A stretch of DNA of 64,000 nucleotides from Roseburia intestinalis. Its GTDB lineage: Bacteria > Bacillota > Clostridia > Oscillospirales > Acutalibacteraceae. The translations under genes were made by a program, and so were the position numbers. Location of the stretch: assembly GCA_963630555.1 (NCBI GenBank), contig CAVGND010000008.1:230-64229 (forward strand), written 5' to 3'. This document shows positions 32,483-40,978 of the stretch, piece after piece (within the stretch, counting starts at the first letter, position 1; the number at the start of each line of letters is the position of its first letter). The notes beneath the pieces are model-generated. The model was not told where the DNA came from. It ran no database searches and saw only the letters and a list, made by a program, of their open reading frames with translations.

Positions 32483-32511
32483 TTGACAAACCGTTATTAC
32501 GGTGGTAGAAT
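32483..32511 (+). promoter_or_regulatory. Near-consensus sigma-A promoter of the aro operon leader
   Basis: TTGACA 32483-32488, a 17-nt spacer, extended -10 TGgTAGAAT (TG at 32503-32504, hexamer at 32506-32511). Confidence 0.6.
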
Positions 32512-32543
32512 TCATCTTGTAACAGAAAAGGAATTGATTTAGT

Positions 32544-32633
32544 ATGAATAACTGCAAAATGTTTGCAAACGAATACTTTTTTTACTATTACTTTAGCAAT
32601 TACGGTAATAGTGATTCGTGCTGCAAACGTTAA
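32544..32633 (+). CDS. 29-codon Phe/Tyr-rich leader peptide (MNNCKMFANEYFFYYYFSNYGNSDSCCKR)
   Basis: AAAAGGAA Shine-Dalgarno 11 nt upstream. 4 Phe and 5 Tyr in 29 residues, with the run YFFYYYF. It lies between the promoter and an intrinsic terminator upstream of aroF. It is below the ORF-track length cutoff. Confidence 0.6.
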   Translation: MNNCKMFANEYFFYYYFSNYGNSDSCCKR

Positions 32634-32669
32634 GTAATTGGGATTTCATACTTAACAGTTATTGTTTTT

Positions 32670-32712
32670 AACCGCACCGGATCACTACAGTCCGATGCGG
32701 TTTTTTATTTTT
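32670..32712 (+). terminator. Attenuator terminator preceding aroF
   Basis: AACCGCACCGGA-tcactacag-TCCGATGCGGTT (one mismatch), followed by TTTTTTATTTTTTTATTTT. It sits 27 nt before the aroF start. Confidence 0.7.
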
Positions 32713-32738
32713 TTATTTTGTGTGAGGAGTGATCACAG

Positions 32739-33743
32739 ATGATCGCAGTATTGAAAAAAGCAGTAACACCGGAACAGCGTGAGCACCTTATTGACTGGCT
32801 CCGCTCACAGAACCTTGAAGTACATATTTCCGAGGGGCACGATTATACAGTTTTAGGCCTTGTAGGGGACACAAGTAAAGTTGACACCGACCTTTTGCAG
32901 AGCCTTGATATTGTCGATTCGGTTAAACGCATATCCGAGCCGTTCAAACAGTGCAACCGTAAATTCCATCCGGACGACAGTGTTATAGATGTCGGCGGCG
33001 TTAAAATAGGCGGCGGAAATTTTGCAATAATAGCAGGCCCCTGCTCAGTTGAATCGGAAGAACAGATAATAGATGTAGCAAAGGCGGTAAAAGCTTCGGG
33101 CGCAAAACTTCTGCGCGGCGGCGCTTTCAAACCCCGTACATCCCCCTACGATTTTCAGGGGCTTAAAGCCGACGGTATTGAACTGCTTGTTGAGGCAAAG
33201 CAAGCCACCGGCATGCCGATAGTTACCGAAATTATGAACGCAAATCATCTTCCGCTTTTTGAAAATGTTGACCTTATCCAGGTGGGGGCACGGAATATGC
33301 AGAATTTTGAACTTTTAAAAGAACTTGGTAAAATCAATAAACCGATATTGCTTAAGCGCGGACTTGCCAACACAATAAAAGAATTTTTAATGAGTGCCGA
33401 GTACATTATGGCAGGCGGAAATCAGAATATTATACTATGCGAGCGCGGCGTCCGAACATTTGAAAGTTATACGCGTAACACGCTCGACCTTTCGGCAGTG
33501 CCGGTATTGCACGAATTGACCCACTTGCCGGTGATAGTTGACCCGAGTCACGCTACGGGCATGTCAAGGCTTGTCCGCCCGATGGCACTTGCTGCGGCTG
33601 CCTGCGGTGCGGACGGATTGATGATTGAGGTTCATAACGACCCGATACATGCGCTCTGTGACGGTGCACAGTCACTTACTCCCGAACAGTTTGACAAGGT
33701 TGCCCAAGTCGTAAACGAGATCAGAAAGGTTGTTGCAAAATGA
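32739..33743 (+). CDS. aroF: 3-deoxy-7-phosphoheptulonate (DAHP) synthase, type I-beta with an N-terminal ferredoxin-like regulatory domain
   Basis: Approximately 334 aa. N-terminal domain MIAVLKK...VHISEG...VLGLVGD, then a KDO8PS-like barrel (IIAGPCSVES, KPRTSPY). Confidence 0.92.
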   Translation: MIAVLKKAVTPEQREHLIDWLRSQNLEVHISEGHDYTVLGLVGDTSKVDTDLLQSLDIVDSVKRISEPFKQCNRKFHPDDSVIDVGGVKIGGGNFAIIAGPCSVESEEQIIDVAKAVKASGAKLLRGGAFKPRTSPYDFQGLKADGIELLVEAKQATGMPIVTEIMNANHLPLFENVDLIQVGARNMQNFELLKELGKINKPILLKRGLANTIKEFLMSAEYIMAGGNQNIILCERGVRTFESYTRNTLDLSAVPVLHELTHLPVIVDPSHATGMSRLVRPMALAAAACGADGLMIEVHNDPIHALCDGAQSLTPEQFDKVAQVVNEIRKVVAK

Positions 33744-34573
33744 CTGTAGGCGTTGTAGGATTAGGGCTTATAGGCGGTTCACTGGCACGTGCCTACAAAA
33801 AGGAAAAAAACCGCGTGCTTGCCTTTGATACCGATGTAAAAATAACCGAGTTTGCTATGCTTTCGGGTGTTGTTGACGATATTTTAACCGAAAAAAACAT
33901 AAGCGAGTGCGACCTTATATTAGTTGCGGTGTATCCTCAGGCAGCAATTGATTATGTGCGCCGCAATGCGCCGTATATCTGTAAAAACACTTTGGTAATT
34001 GACTGCTGCGGAACAAAAAGAACCGTCTGTGCCGAACTTTTTCCGGTGGCGGAAAAATACGGCTTTACATATTTAGGCGGTCACCCTATGGCGGGTACGC
34101 ATAATTCTGGATTTAAATATTCCCGTTCAAATATGTTTTCAGGTGCGCCTATGGTTATAGTTCCGCCGAGATATGACGATATTTCTCTGCTTGACCGGGT
34201 AAAAATGGCATTGCAGCCGGCACTTTTCGGCAGCATTACCGTTTCAACCGCTGAAGAACACGATAAAATGATAGCTTTTACTTCACAACTTGCGCATATT
34301 GTTTCAAACGCATATATTAAAAGCCCGACCGCAGCTGCCCACAAAGGATTTTCGGCGGGAAGTTACAAGGACCTTACAAGGGTAGCATGGCTTAACCCCG
34401 AAATGTGGGCGCAACTGTTTCTTGAAAACAGTGATAATGTGTTGTTGGAACTTGAAAATATTGTACGCTCGCTTTCGGAGTATAAGTCGGCTATTGAAAG
34501 AAAGGATAAAGTGCGGCTTGTAAACTTGCTTGATGAGGGTCGCCGCCGTAAAGAGGAGGTTGACGGAAGATGA
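33740..34573 (+). CDS. tyrA: Prephenate dehydrogenase
   Basis: NAD-binding VGVVGLGLIGGSLA and GGHPMAG. Overlaps the aroF stop. Confidence 0.88.
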   Translation: MTVGVVGLGLIGGSLARAYKKEKNRVLAFDTDVKITEFAMLSGVVDDILTEKNISECDLILVAVYPQAAIDYVRRNAPYICKNTLVIDCCGTKRTVCAELFPVAEKYGFTYLGGHPMAGTHNSGFKYSRSNMFSGAPMVIVPPRYDDISLLDRVKMALQPALFGSITVSTAEEHDKMIAFTSQLAHIVSNAYIKSPTAAAHKGFSAGSYKDLTRVAWLNPEMWAQLFLENSDNVLLELENIVRSLSEYKSAIERKDKVRLVNLLDEGRRRKEEVDGR

Positions 34574-35625
34574 AAACCGTAAAGATAAGGGCATCGTCGG
34601 AATATGAGGTCATTATATCAAAAGGTTTGCTGAGTGAAACGGGAATATATGCAAAGCGGCTTTCAAACGCCGAAACCGCTTTGATAGTAACCGACGACAG
34701 GGTAGAGCCGCTGTATGCGTCACGGGTTGAAAAATCACTCTGTGACGCGGGTATAAATGTTTTGAAATTCGTTTTTACAAACGGCGAAAAATCAAAAAAC
34801 AGCAAAACATTAATTGAAATATTGGAATTTGCCGCAAAAAATCACCTAACACGGAGCGATATAGTTATAGCGCTCGGCGGCGGTGTGGTAGGCGATTTAA
34901 CCGGTCTTGCCGCTTCGCTTTATCTGCGCGGAGTAGGGTTTTTGGCATTGCCGACAACGCTGCTGGCGGCTGTTGATTCCTCGGTAGGTGGTAAAACGGC
35001 AATAGATCTGGCTGCCGGTAAAAACCTTGCAGGCACATTTTACCAACCGCTTGCCGTACTATGTGATTATTCCGTGATTGACACATTACCCGTCAGCATT
35101 TTTAACGACGGTTGCGCCGAAGTTATAAAATACGGCGTGTTAAGCGACAGGGAACTGTTTGAACACCTGCAAAAATACGGCAGCGATTTTGATATGGAAT
35201 ATGTAATAACCCGTTCGGTTGAAATTAAGCGCGACTTCGTTGCTGCTGATGAATTTGATAAGGGAGTTCGCCAATTTTTAAATCTCGGGCACACGGTAGG
35301 CCATGCGATTGAGCGTTTAAGCTGTTACACCGTGCCGCACGGCAGTGCCGTAGCAATAGGTACGGCAACCGTGGTAAGAGCCGCCGCAAAGAACGGCATC
35401 TGTACGCAGCAGACCGCCGAAGAAATTGTAAACCTGCTTAAAAAGTTTGGTTTGCCGACCGAATGCGAATATTCGGCGGAGGAACTTTTCTGTATAATGC
35501 TTTCGGATAAAAAGCGTTCGGGTGATTTTATTAATTTTATAATTCCTAAACAAATAGGAGCGTGTATATCGCAAAAAATGGGATTGGAACAGGTCAAAAA
35601 ATTTACGGAGGACGGATTATGTTAG
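34570..35625 (+). CDS. aroB: 3-dehydroquinate synthase
   Basis: ALGGGVVGDLTGLAA, PTTLLAAVDSSVGGKTAI, GHTVGHAIE. Confidence 0.92.
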   Translation: MKTVKIRASSEYEVIISKGLLSETGIYAKRLSNAETALIVTDDRVEPLYASRVEKSLCDAGINVLKFVFTNGEKSKNSKTLIEILEFAAKNHLTRSDIVIALGGGVVGDLTGLAASLYLRGVGFLALPTTLLAAVDSSVGGKTAIDLAAGKNLAGTFYQPLAVLCDYSVIDTLPVSIFNDGCAEVIKYGVLSDRELFEHLQKYGSDFDMEYVITRSVEIKRDFVAADEFDKGVRQFLNLGHTVGHAIERLSCYTVPHGSAVAIGTATVVRAAAKNGICTQQTAEEIVNLLKKFGLPTECEYSAEELFCIMLSDKKRSGDFINFIIPKQIGACISQKMGLEQVKKFTEDGLC

Positions 35626-36890
35626 CCCAAATCAAACCTGCCGCTCTCAGCGGAAAGGTGATTGTTCCGCCCTCAAAGTCCGCCGCTCACCGCGCGCTTA
35701 TTGCTGCAGCCCTTTCCGACGGGGAGTGTGCTGTATATTGTCCTTCGATTTCGGACGATATCACTGCAACCGTTCGCTCACTTTCAGCTTTCGGCGCGGA
35801 CATAAACCATAAAGACGGAACATTCTATGTTTCGCCTATAAAAAATATTCCTGTTTCAGCGTACGCCGACTGTGGAGAGAGCGGCTCAACATTAAGATTT
35901 TTAATGCCCGTGGCGGCGGCTTTGGGGATAAATACGGTTTTTAAAATGTCGGGCAGATTGCCGGACAGACCAATGAACCCGATAGTTGACCTTTTAAGGC
36001 AGAACGGCGTTAATGTAACGCACCCCGAAAGGGATAAGTGGCAGATAAACGGAAAACTTAAATCGGGCGAATTTTGCCTGCTTGCCGATATATCATCGCA
36101 GTTTATCAGCGGTATGTTGTTTGCGTTGCCGCTTACGGGCGGCAGTTTAAAACTTGTGGGCTCAATGCAATCGGCAGGATATATTAATATGACGGTTGAC
36201 ACCTTAAAAAGTTTCGGTGTAAAATATGAATTTAAGGACAGCGTATTTACACTGTTGGCGCCGAATGGGTATGTTTCGTCAAAGAAGATAACCGTTGAAG
36301 GAGATTGGTCAAACGCTGCATTTTTCCTTGTTGCAGGCGCGTTTTCCGAAAGCGGAATAACGGTCTGCGGCTTAAATGCCGAGTCTTTACAGGGCGACCG
36401 TAAAATAATAAATATACTCAGGCAGTTAGGTGCAAAAGTGGAAATAAAAGGTGAGAGTGTAACGGTTAAAAAAGGCGTTTTCACCCGCAAACCCGTGATT
36501 GTAAATGCCGAAAACATACCGGATATAATACCCGTAACCGCGCTTGCGGCTTCGGTTTTGGCAGGGAAGACCGTTATTAAAAATGCGGGCAGATTAAGGC
36601 TTAAAGAATGTGACAGATTGTCGGCAACTGCCGAACTTTTGTCTGCCCTTGGTGCGGATATCAAAACTGAAGATGACGGTTTCATAATAAACGGCAGCAA
36701 AACCGGGCTTAACGGCGGCAGGGTAAACGGCTGCGGCGATCACCGTATGGTAATGACGGCGGCGGTAGCGGCAGCAGTTTGCAAATCGCCCGTAACCGTT
36801 TCATCGGCGGAGGCGGTGGCAAAATCGTACCCCGATTTTTTTGATGTGCTGCAAAGCGTCGGCGCTGAGGTAACATTTACGGAAAATTAA
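35619..36890 (+). CDS. aroA: 3-phosphoshikimate 1-carboxyvinyltransferase (EPSP synthase)
   Basis: VPPSKSAAHRALIAAAL, GESGSTLRFL, DHRMVMT. Start at MLAQIKPA, overlapping the aroB stop. Confidence 0.93.
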   Translation: MLAQIKPAALSGKVIVPPSKSAAHRALIAAALSDGECAVYCPSISDDITATVRSLSAFGADINHKDGTFYVSPIKNIPVSAYADCGESGSTLRFLMPVAAALGINTVFKMSGRLPDRPMNPIVDLLRQNGVNVTHPERDKWQINGKLKSGEFCLLADISSQFISGMLFALPLTGGSLKLVGSMQSAGYINMTVDTLKSFGVKYEFKDSVFTLLAPNGYVSSKKITVEGDWSNAAFFLVAGAFSESGITVCGLNAESLQGDRKIINILRQLGAKVEIKGESVTVKKGVFTRKPVIVNAENIPDIIPVTALAASVLAGKTVIKNAGRLRLKECDRLSATAELLSALGADIKTEDDGFIINGSKTGLNGGRVNGCGDHRMVMTAAVAAAVCKSPVTVSSAEAVAKSYPDFFDVLQSVGAEVTFTEN

Positions 36891-36949
36891 ATGATAATCA
36901 GCAATACGGCGATTAAAAAACACTGCATGCGGAAAGGAATGATTATAAA

Positions 36950-37978
36950 ATGGGTTCGAGTTTCGGCAATAATATTAAATTTACCGTTTGGGGGCAATCG
37001 CATTCGCCTGCAATCGGCATAACGGTTGACGGGTTGCCGGCAGGTATAAAGATAGATTTTGAGCGCCTGCAAAAATTTATGAACAGGCGCAGACCCGGCG
37101 GCACAGCGGTATCAACAGCCAGAAACGAGGCGGACGCACCCGAGTTTCTTTCGGGCGTTAAGGGCAATATTACTTGCGGTGCGCCTCTGTGCGCAGTTAT
37201 AAAAAATACCGATTGCCGTTCGCACGATTATGATGAATTGCGGAATTTGCCGCGTCCGGGTCACGCCGATTTTACGGCGCAGATAAAATATAAAGGATTT
37301 GAGGACGCAGCAGGAGGCGGGCATTTTTCGGGCCGCCTTACCGCACCGATATGCATATTGGGCGGGATCGCGTTGCAAATTTTAGAGAAAAAAGGCATAA
37401 CCGTTAAAACGAGCGTAAAATCCATAGGCTCTTGCAGCGGCACCACCGAAGAAATGCTTGCCGAGACAGCAAAAGCAAAAGCCGAAGGCGATTCGGTCGG
37501 CGGTGTTGTTGAATGTGTCATAAACGGTATGCCTGCAGGAGTCGGGTCGCCTATGATTGATTCGCTTGAAAGCCGAATATCGCATCTGGTGTTCGCTATA
37601 CCGGCCGTTCGCGGCGTGGAGTTCGGCGCCGGATTTTCAGCCGCCGAAATGCGTGGCAGTGAAAATAATGATGAATTTTATTTTGACGGTGTTACGGTTA
37701 AAACCCGAACAAATAACCATGGCGGAATACTCGGTGGCATTTCAAGCGGAATGCCGATAGTTTTCCGCACGGCACTCAAACCCACACCCTCAATTATCAA
37801 AAAGCAAAAAACGGTTAATACAGAAAAAATGTGTGATGATGAAATAACCGTAAAAGGTCGCCATGATCCATGTATAGTTTTTCGTGCTCTGCCGGTAATT
37901 GAATCGGCGGCGGCGATAGTGATATATGATGAACTGCTTGAAAATGAAAAAAACGGAGGTAATAACAATGGGAATTGA
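36950..37978 (+). CDS. aroC: Chorismate synthase
   Basis: FGNNIKFTVWGQSHSPAIGITVDGLPAG, GRHDPC. Confidence 0.92.
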   Translation: MGSSFGNNIKFTVWGQSHSPAIGITVDGLPAGIKIDFERLQKFMNRRRPGGTAVSTARNEADAPEFLSGVKGNITCGAPLCAVIKNTDCRSHDYDELRNLPRPGHADFTAQIKYKGFEDAAGGGHFSGRLTAPICILGGIALQILEKKGITVKTSVKSIGSCSGTTEEMLAETAKAKAEGDSVGGVVECVINGMPAGVGSPMIDSLESRISHLVFAIPAVRGVEFGAGFSAAEMRGSENNDEFYFDGVTVKTRTNNHGGILGGISSGMPIVFRTALKPTPSIIKKQKTVNTEKMCDDEITVKGRHDPCIVFRALPVIESAAAIVIYDELLENEKNGGNNNGN

Positions 37979-39113
37979 TGAACTGAGAAAAGAGATTGAT
38001 ACAATTGACGACCGTATTATAAAACTTATTGAACAGCGTATGGATGTGTCGGCTGAAATCGCCAAATACAAAGGCGAAAGGGGACTGCCTGTTTTGGTAC
38101 CGGAACGAGAGCGCCAAAAACTTTGCAACATTGCCGAAAAATCGCGCCCCGAAACGGCTGAGTACATGCGCGTGCTGTATTCGCTTATTTTTGAATTAAG
38201 CCGTTCATATCAGACCCGTTTGCTCGGTAAATCCACTCCTCTTTCGGACGAAATAAACAATGCTGTTGAAAATACGCAAAAACTTTTTCCGCCTGCGGCT
38301 GCGGTTGCCTGTCAGGGTGTTGAGGGCGCAAATTCCCAAAAAGCGTGCGAGGCAATGTTTAAATCTCCGTCAATTATGTATGTTTCAAGTTTTGAGGGAA
38401 TCTTCGCAGCAGTAAACAGCGGCTTGTGCCGTTACGGTGTTATCCCCATTGAAAACAGCACGGCCGGCTCTGTAAAAAAAGTTTATGATTTGATGATAAC
38501 AAACAATTTTAATATTGTAAGAAGCGTGAGAATAAAAATAGATCACTCGCTGCTTGTTAAAAAAGGAACAAAATTTGAAGATATAAAAGAAATATATTCG
38601 CACGAGCAGGCAATAGGGCAGTGCGAAAACTTCCTTTCGGGTCTTAAAGGAATTAAAGTAACCGCCTGCGAAAATACCGCATCCGCCGCAAAAGCGGTTG
38701 CAGAGAGCGACCGCGACGATGTTGCCGCAATAGCGTCAAGCGACTGTGCCGCGCTGTACGGACTTGAATGCTTAAAGAAAAACATTCAGGACGAGGGAAA
38801 TAATCACACCAGATTTATCTGCATTTCCAAAAATCTTGAAATTTATCCGGGTGCTGACCGTACAAGTCTTATGCTCGTTATTCCCCACAGACCCGGTTCG
38901 CTTTATAAGGTACTTTCCCGTTTTTACGCTTTGGGTATTGATCTTATTAAACTTGAAAGCCGCCCGTTACCGGATACCGATTTTGAATTTATGTTCTATT
39001 TTGACCTGAGGACTTCGGTATATTCGGATGAGTTTGTAAAACTCATTAGCGAGCTCGACGGCATTTGCGACGAATTCAAGTATCTCGGAAGTTATTCTGA
39101 ACTGGTGATATAA
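37968..39113 (+). CDS. pheA: Bifunctional chorismate mutase / prephenate dehydratase (P-protein)
   Basis: Chorismate mutase helix ELRKEIDTIDDRIIKLIEQRMDVSAEIAKYK. Prephenate dehydratase plus ACT domains with the TRF and ESRP motifs. Confidence 0.9.
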   Translation: MGIDELRKEIDTIDDRIIKLIEQRMDVSAEIAKYKGERGLPVLVPERERQKLCNIAEKSRPETAEYMRVLYSLIFELSRSYQTRLLGKSTPLSDEINNAVENTQKLFPPAAAVACQGVEGANSQKACEAMFKSPSIMYVSSFEGIFAAVNSGLCRYGVIPIENSTAGSVKKVYDLMITNNFNIVRSVRIKIDHSLLVKKGTKFEDIKEIYSHEQAIGQCENFLSGLKGIKVTACENTASAAKAVAESDRDDVAAIASSDCAALYGLECLKKNIQDEGNNHTRFICISKNLEIYPGADRTSLMLVIPHRPGSLYKVLSRFYALGIDLIKLESRPLPDTDFEFMFYFDLRTSVYSDEFVKLISELDGICDEFKYLGSYSELVI

Positions 39114-39114
39114 A

Positions 39115-40344
39115 ATGACGGCAAGTTCAAAAAAATACGGCTTGTTGGGTGAAAAACTGTCGCACAGCCTTTCACCGCAACTTCACGGATATTACGGTAA
39201 ATACAATTACGGCTTGATAGAATTGCCTCCCGAACAGGTTGATGAATTTTTTAAAAAACGCAATTTTTCGGGAATAAATGTAACCATACCGTATAAAAAG
39301 GATGCATACAGTCGGTGTGATGTTGTATCGGATACGGCTAAGGCGGCAGGCGCCGTAAACACCGTAATAAACCGCGGAGGGAAATTGTACGGTTACAACA
39401 CTGATTATTACGGATTTGAGTATCTTCTTAAAAAAAGCGGTATAAGTGTAGGTGGCAAAAAGGTTCTTGTTTTGGGCTCGGGCGGCGCATCGGTCACTGT
39501 TCAAAATGTGCTTCGCGACGCCGATGCGTGCGTTACCGTTATATCTCGTTCCGGGAAGGATAATTACGAAAATATAGACATCCATTCGGACGCTGACGTT
39601 ATTGTTAATACAACCCCCGTAGGTATGTACCCCAAAACCGAATATGTGCCGTTGCGTCTTGAGGTTTTTAAAAAACTTTCGGGTGTAATTGATATAATCT
39701 ACAATCCGCTCAGAACACGCTTGCTCCTGGATGCAAAACGGCTCGGTGTACCTTATGCCGACGGGCTGCCGATGCTGGCTGCACAAGGTTTTCGGTCTGC
39801 GGAACTGTTTTTGAACAAACAACTGCAGCCCGACCTCATCGAATCTGCAGAAAAACGGTTGCGGCTTTTTTTGGGCAACATAGTGCTTATAGGTATGCCC
39901 GGATGCGGAAAAACAAGTATCGGCAAAGAAATTGCACGCAAACTTAAAAAAGAGTTTATAGACACTGACAGTCTTATTGAACAGAGAACGAGTATGACCA
40001 TACCCGAAATATTTGAAACAAGCGGCGAAGAATCATTCAGGCGGATTGAGAGCAAAATAATATCTGAAGTCGGCAAAAAAACCGGCGCGATTATAGCAAC
40101 GGGCGGTGGTACTGTAACGCGCGAACAAAACCGCGCACCGCTTTCTATGAACGGTACGGTTGTGTTTATTAAAAGGGATATATCGCTTTTACCAAAAAGC
40201 GGCAGACCTGTTTCTCAGCAGCGCGGTCTTATGCATATATGGGCGGAACGCAAAGAACTTTATGAAGAATTTGCCGATATTACTGTTGAGGGCGATGGTG
40301 TTAAAAATCTGTCGCACCGAATAATTGAAACAGTTACGGACTGA
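39115..40344 (+). CDS. Fused shikimate dehydrogenase (N-terminal) and shikimate kinase (C-terminal)
   Basis: AroE motifs (GLLGEKLSHSLSPQLH, NVTIPYK, GSGGAS), then the AroK P-loop IVLIGMPGCGKTSIGKEIA, all in one 409-aa ORF. Confidence 0.88.
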   Translation: MTASSKKYGLLGEKLSHSLSPQLHGYYGKYNYGLIELPPEQVDEFFKKRNFSGINVTIPYKKDAYSRCDVVSDTAKAAGAVNTVINRGGKLYGYNTDYYGFEYLLKKSGISVGGKKVLVLGSGGASVTVQNVLRDADACVTVISRSGKDNYENIDIHSDADVIVNTTPVGMYPKTEYVPLRLEVFKKLSGVIDIIYNPLRTRLLLDAKRLGVPYADGLPMLAAQGFRSAELFLNKQLQPDLIESAEKRLRLFLGNIVLIGMPGCGKTSIGKEIARKLKKEFIDTDSLIEQRTSMTIPEIFETSGEESFRRIESKIISEVGKKTGAIIATGGGTVTREQNRAPLSMNGTVVFIKRDISLLPKSGRPVSQQRGLMHIWAERKELYEEFADITVEGDGVKNLSHRIIETVTD

Positions 40345-40381
40345 TATGTCCCTTAAAACCGAAAAGAGGAATTAAAAATAC

Positions 40382-40918
40382 ATGAAAAACCGATCCTGCT
40401 GCTTTACGGGTTACAGACCTGAAAAATTCCCGTTTGATTTTGACCGAAATGACCCAAAATACAGGGAATTTGAAAACAAACTTTTGTGCTGCATTTCAAA
40501 ACTTATAAACGATGGAACGGACACATTTTACTGCGGCGGTGCCCGTGGGTTTGATATTCTTGCTGCAGAACTTGTGGCATCTGTTAAAGACCGTTTTGAG
40601 GTTAAACTTATTATGGCGCTTGCATTTCCGGGGCAGGAAAAGAGTTGGAGCCGGGAATGGCAGACAAGGTTTAATTCAGTTGTGGCGGCTGCGGATGAAG
40701 TAAGGTATGCTGCTATGCAATATGAAAAGTGGTCTTACCATAAACGCAACCATTATATGGTGGATAATTCGGATATACTGCTTACATATTATGACGGTGC
40801 TAAAGGGGGTACGTCAAGTACAGTCGAATACGCCGCACATAAAGGCCTTCAAATAATCAATTTTGCCTTAAATGAAATTGAGAACGGCAATCTGCAAATG
40901 AAACTGATTATTACTTGA
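40382..40918 (+). CDS. DUF1273 / SLOG-superfamily protein (YpsA-like)
   Basis: CCFTGYRPEKFPF ... FYCGGARGFDILAAE. 178 aa. Confidence 0.75.
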   Translation: MKNRSCCFTGYRPEKFPFDFDRNDPKYREFENKLLCCISKLINDGTDTFYCGGARGFDILAAELVASVKDRFEVKLIMALAFPGQEKSWSREWQTRFNSVVAAADEVRYAAMQYEKWSYHKRNHYMVDNSDILLTYYDGAKGGTSSTVEYAAHKGLQIINFALNEIENGNLQMKLIIT

Positions 40919-40933
40919 TTAAACAAAAAATAT

Positions 40934-40966
40934 ACACCGCACCGAACATAAAATTCGGTGCGGTGT
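40934..40966. terminator. Bidirectional terminator hairpin
   Basis: ACACCGCACCGAA-cataaaa-TTCGGTGCGGTGT, a perfect 13-bp stem. Confidence 0.65.
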
Positions 40967-40978
40967 AACTTTAATCGT

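Noticed and set aside
32499-32510. GGTGGTA resembling the core of a T-box sequence upstream of aroF
   Set aside because: It lacks the following CCGCG. It sits inside the -10 region about 170 nt upstream of the terminator, whereas a T-box forms the 5' side of the antiterminator. I found no specifier-loop architecture, and the leader-peptide model fits better.
35825-36700. 291-aa ORF on the minus strand
   Set aside because: It is antisense to aroA (EPSP synthase). Its product is Ser/Pro/Phe-rich and it has no ribosome-binding site.
39172-39822. 216-aa minus-strand ORF, with similar cases at 50999-51721, 3506-4240, 49313-49900 and 19757-20341
   Set aside because: All are embedded antisense or out of frame within well-supported genes (aroE/K, Zn-ADH/BMC-H, ldhA, aldehyde dehydrogenase, gdpP).
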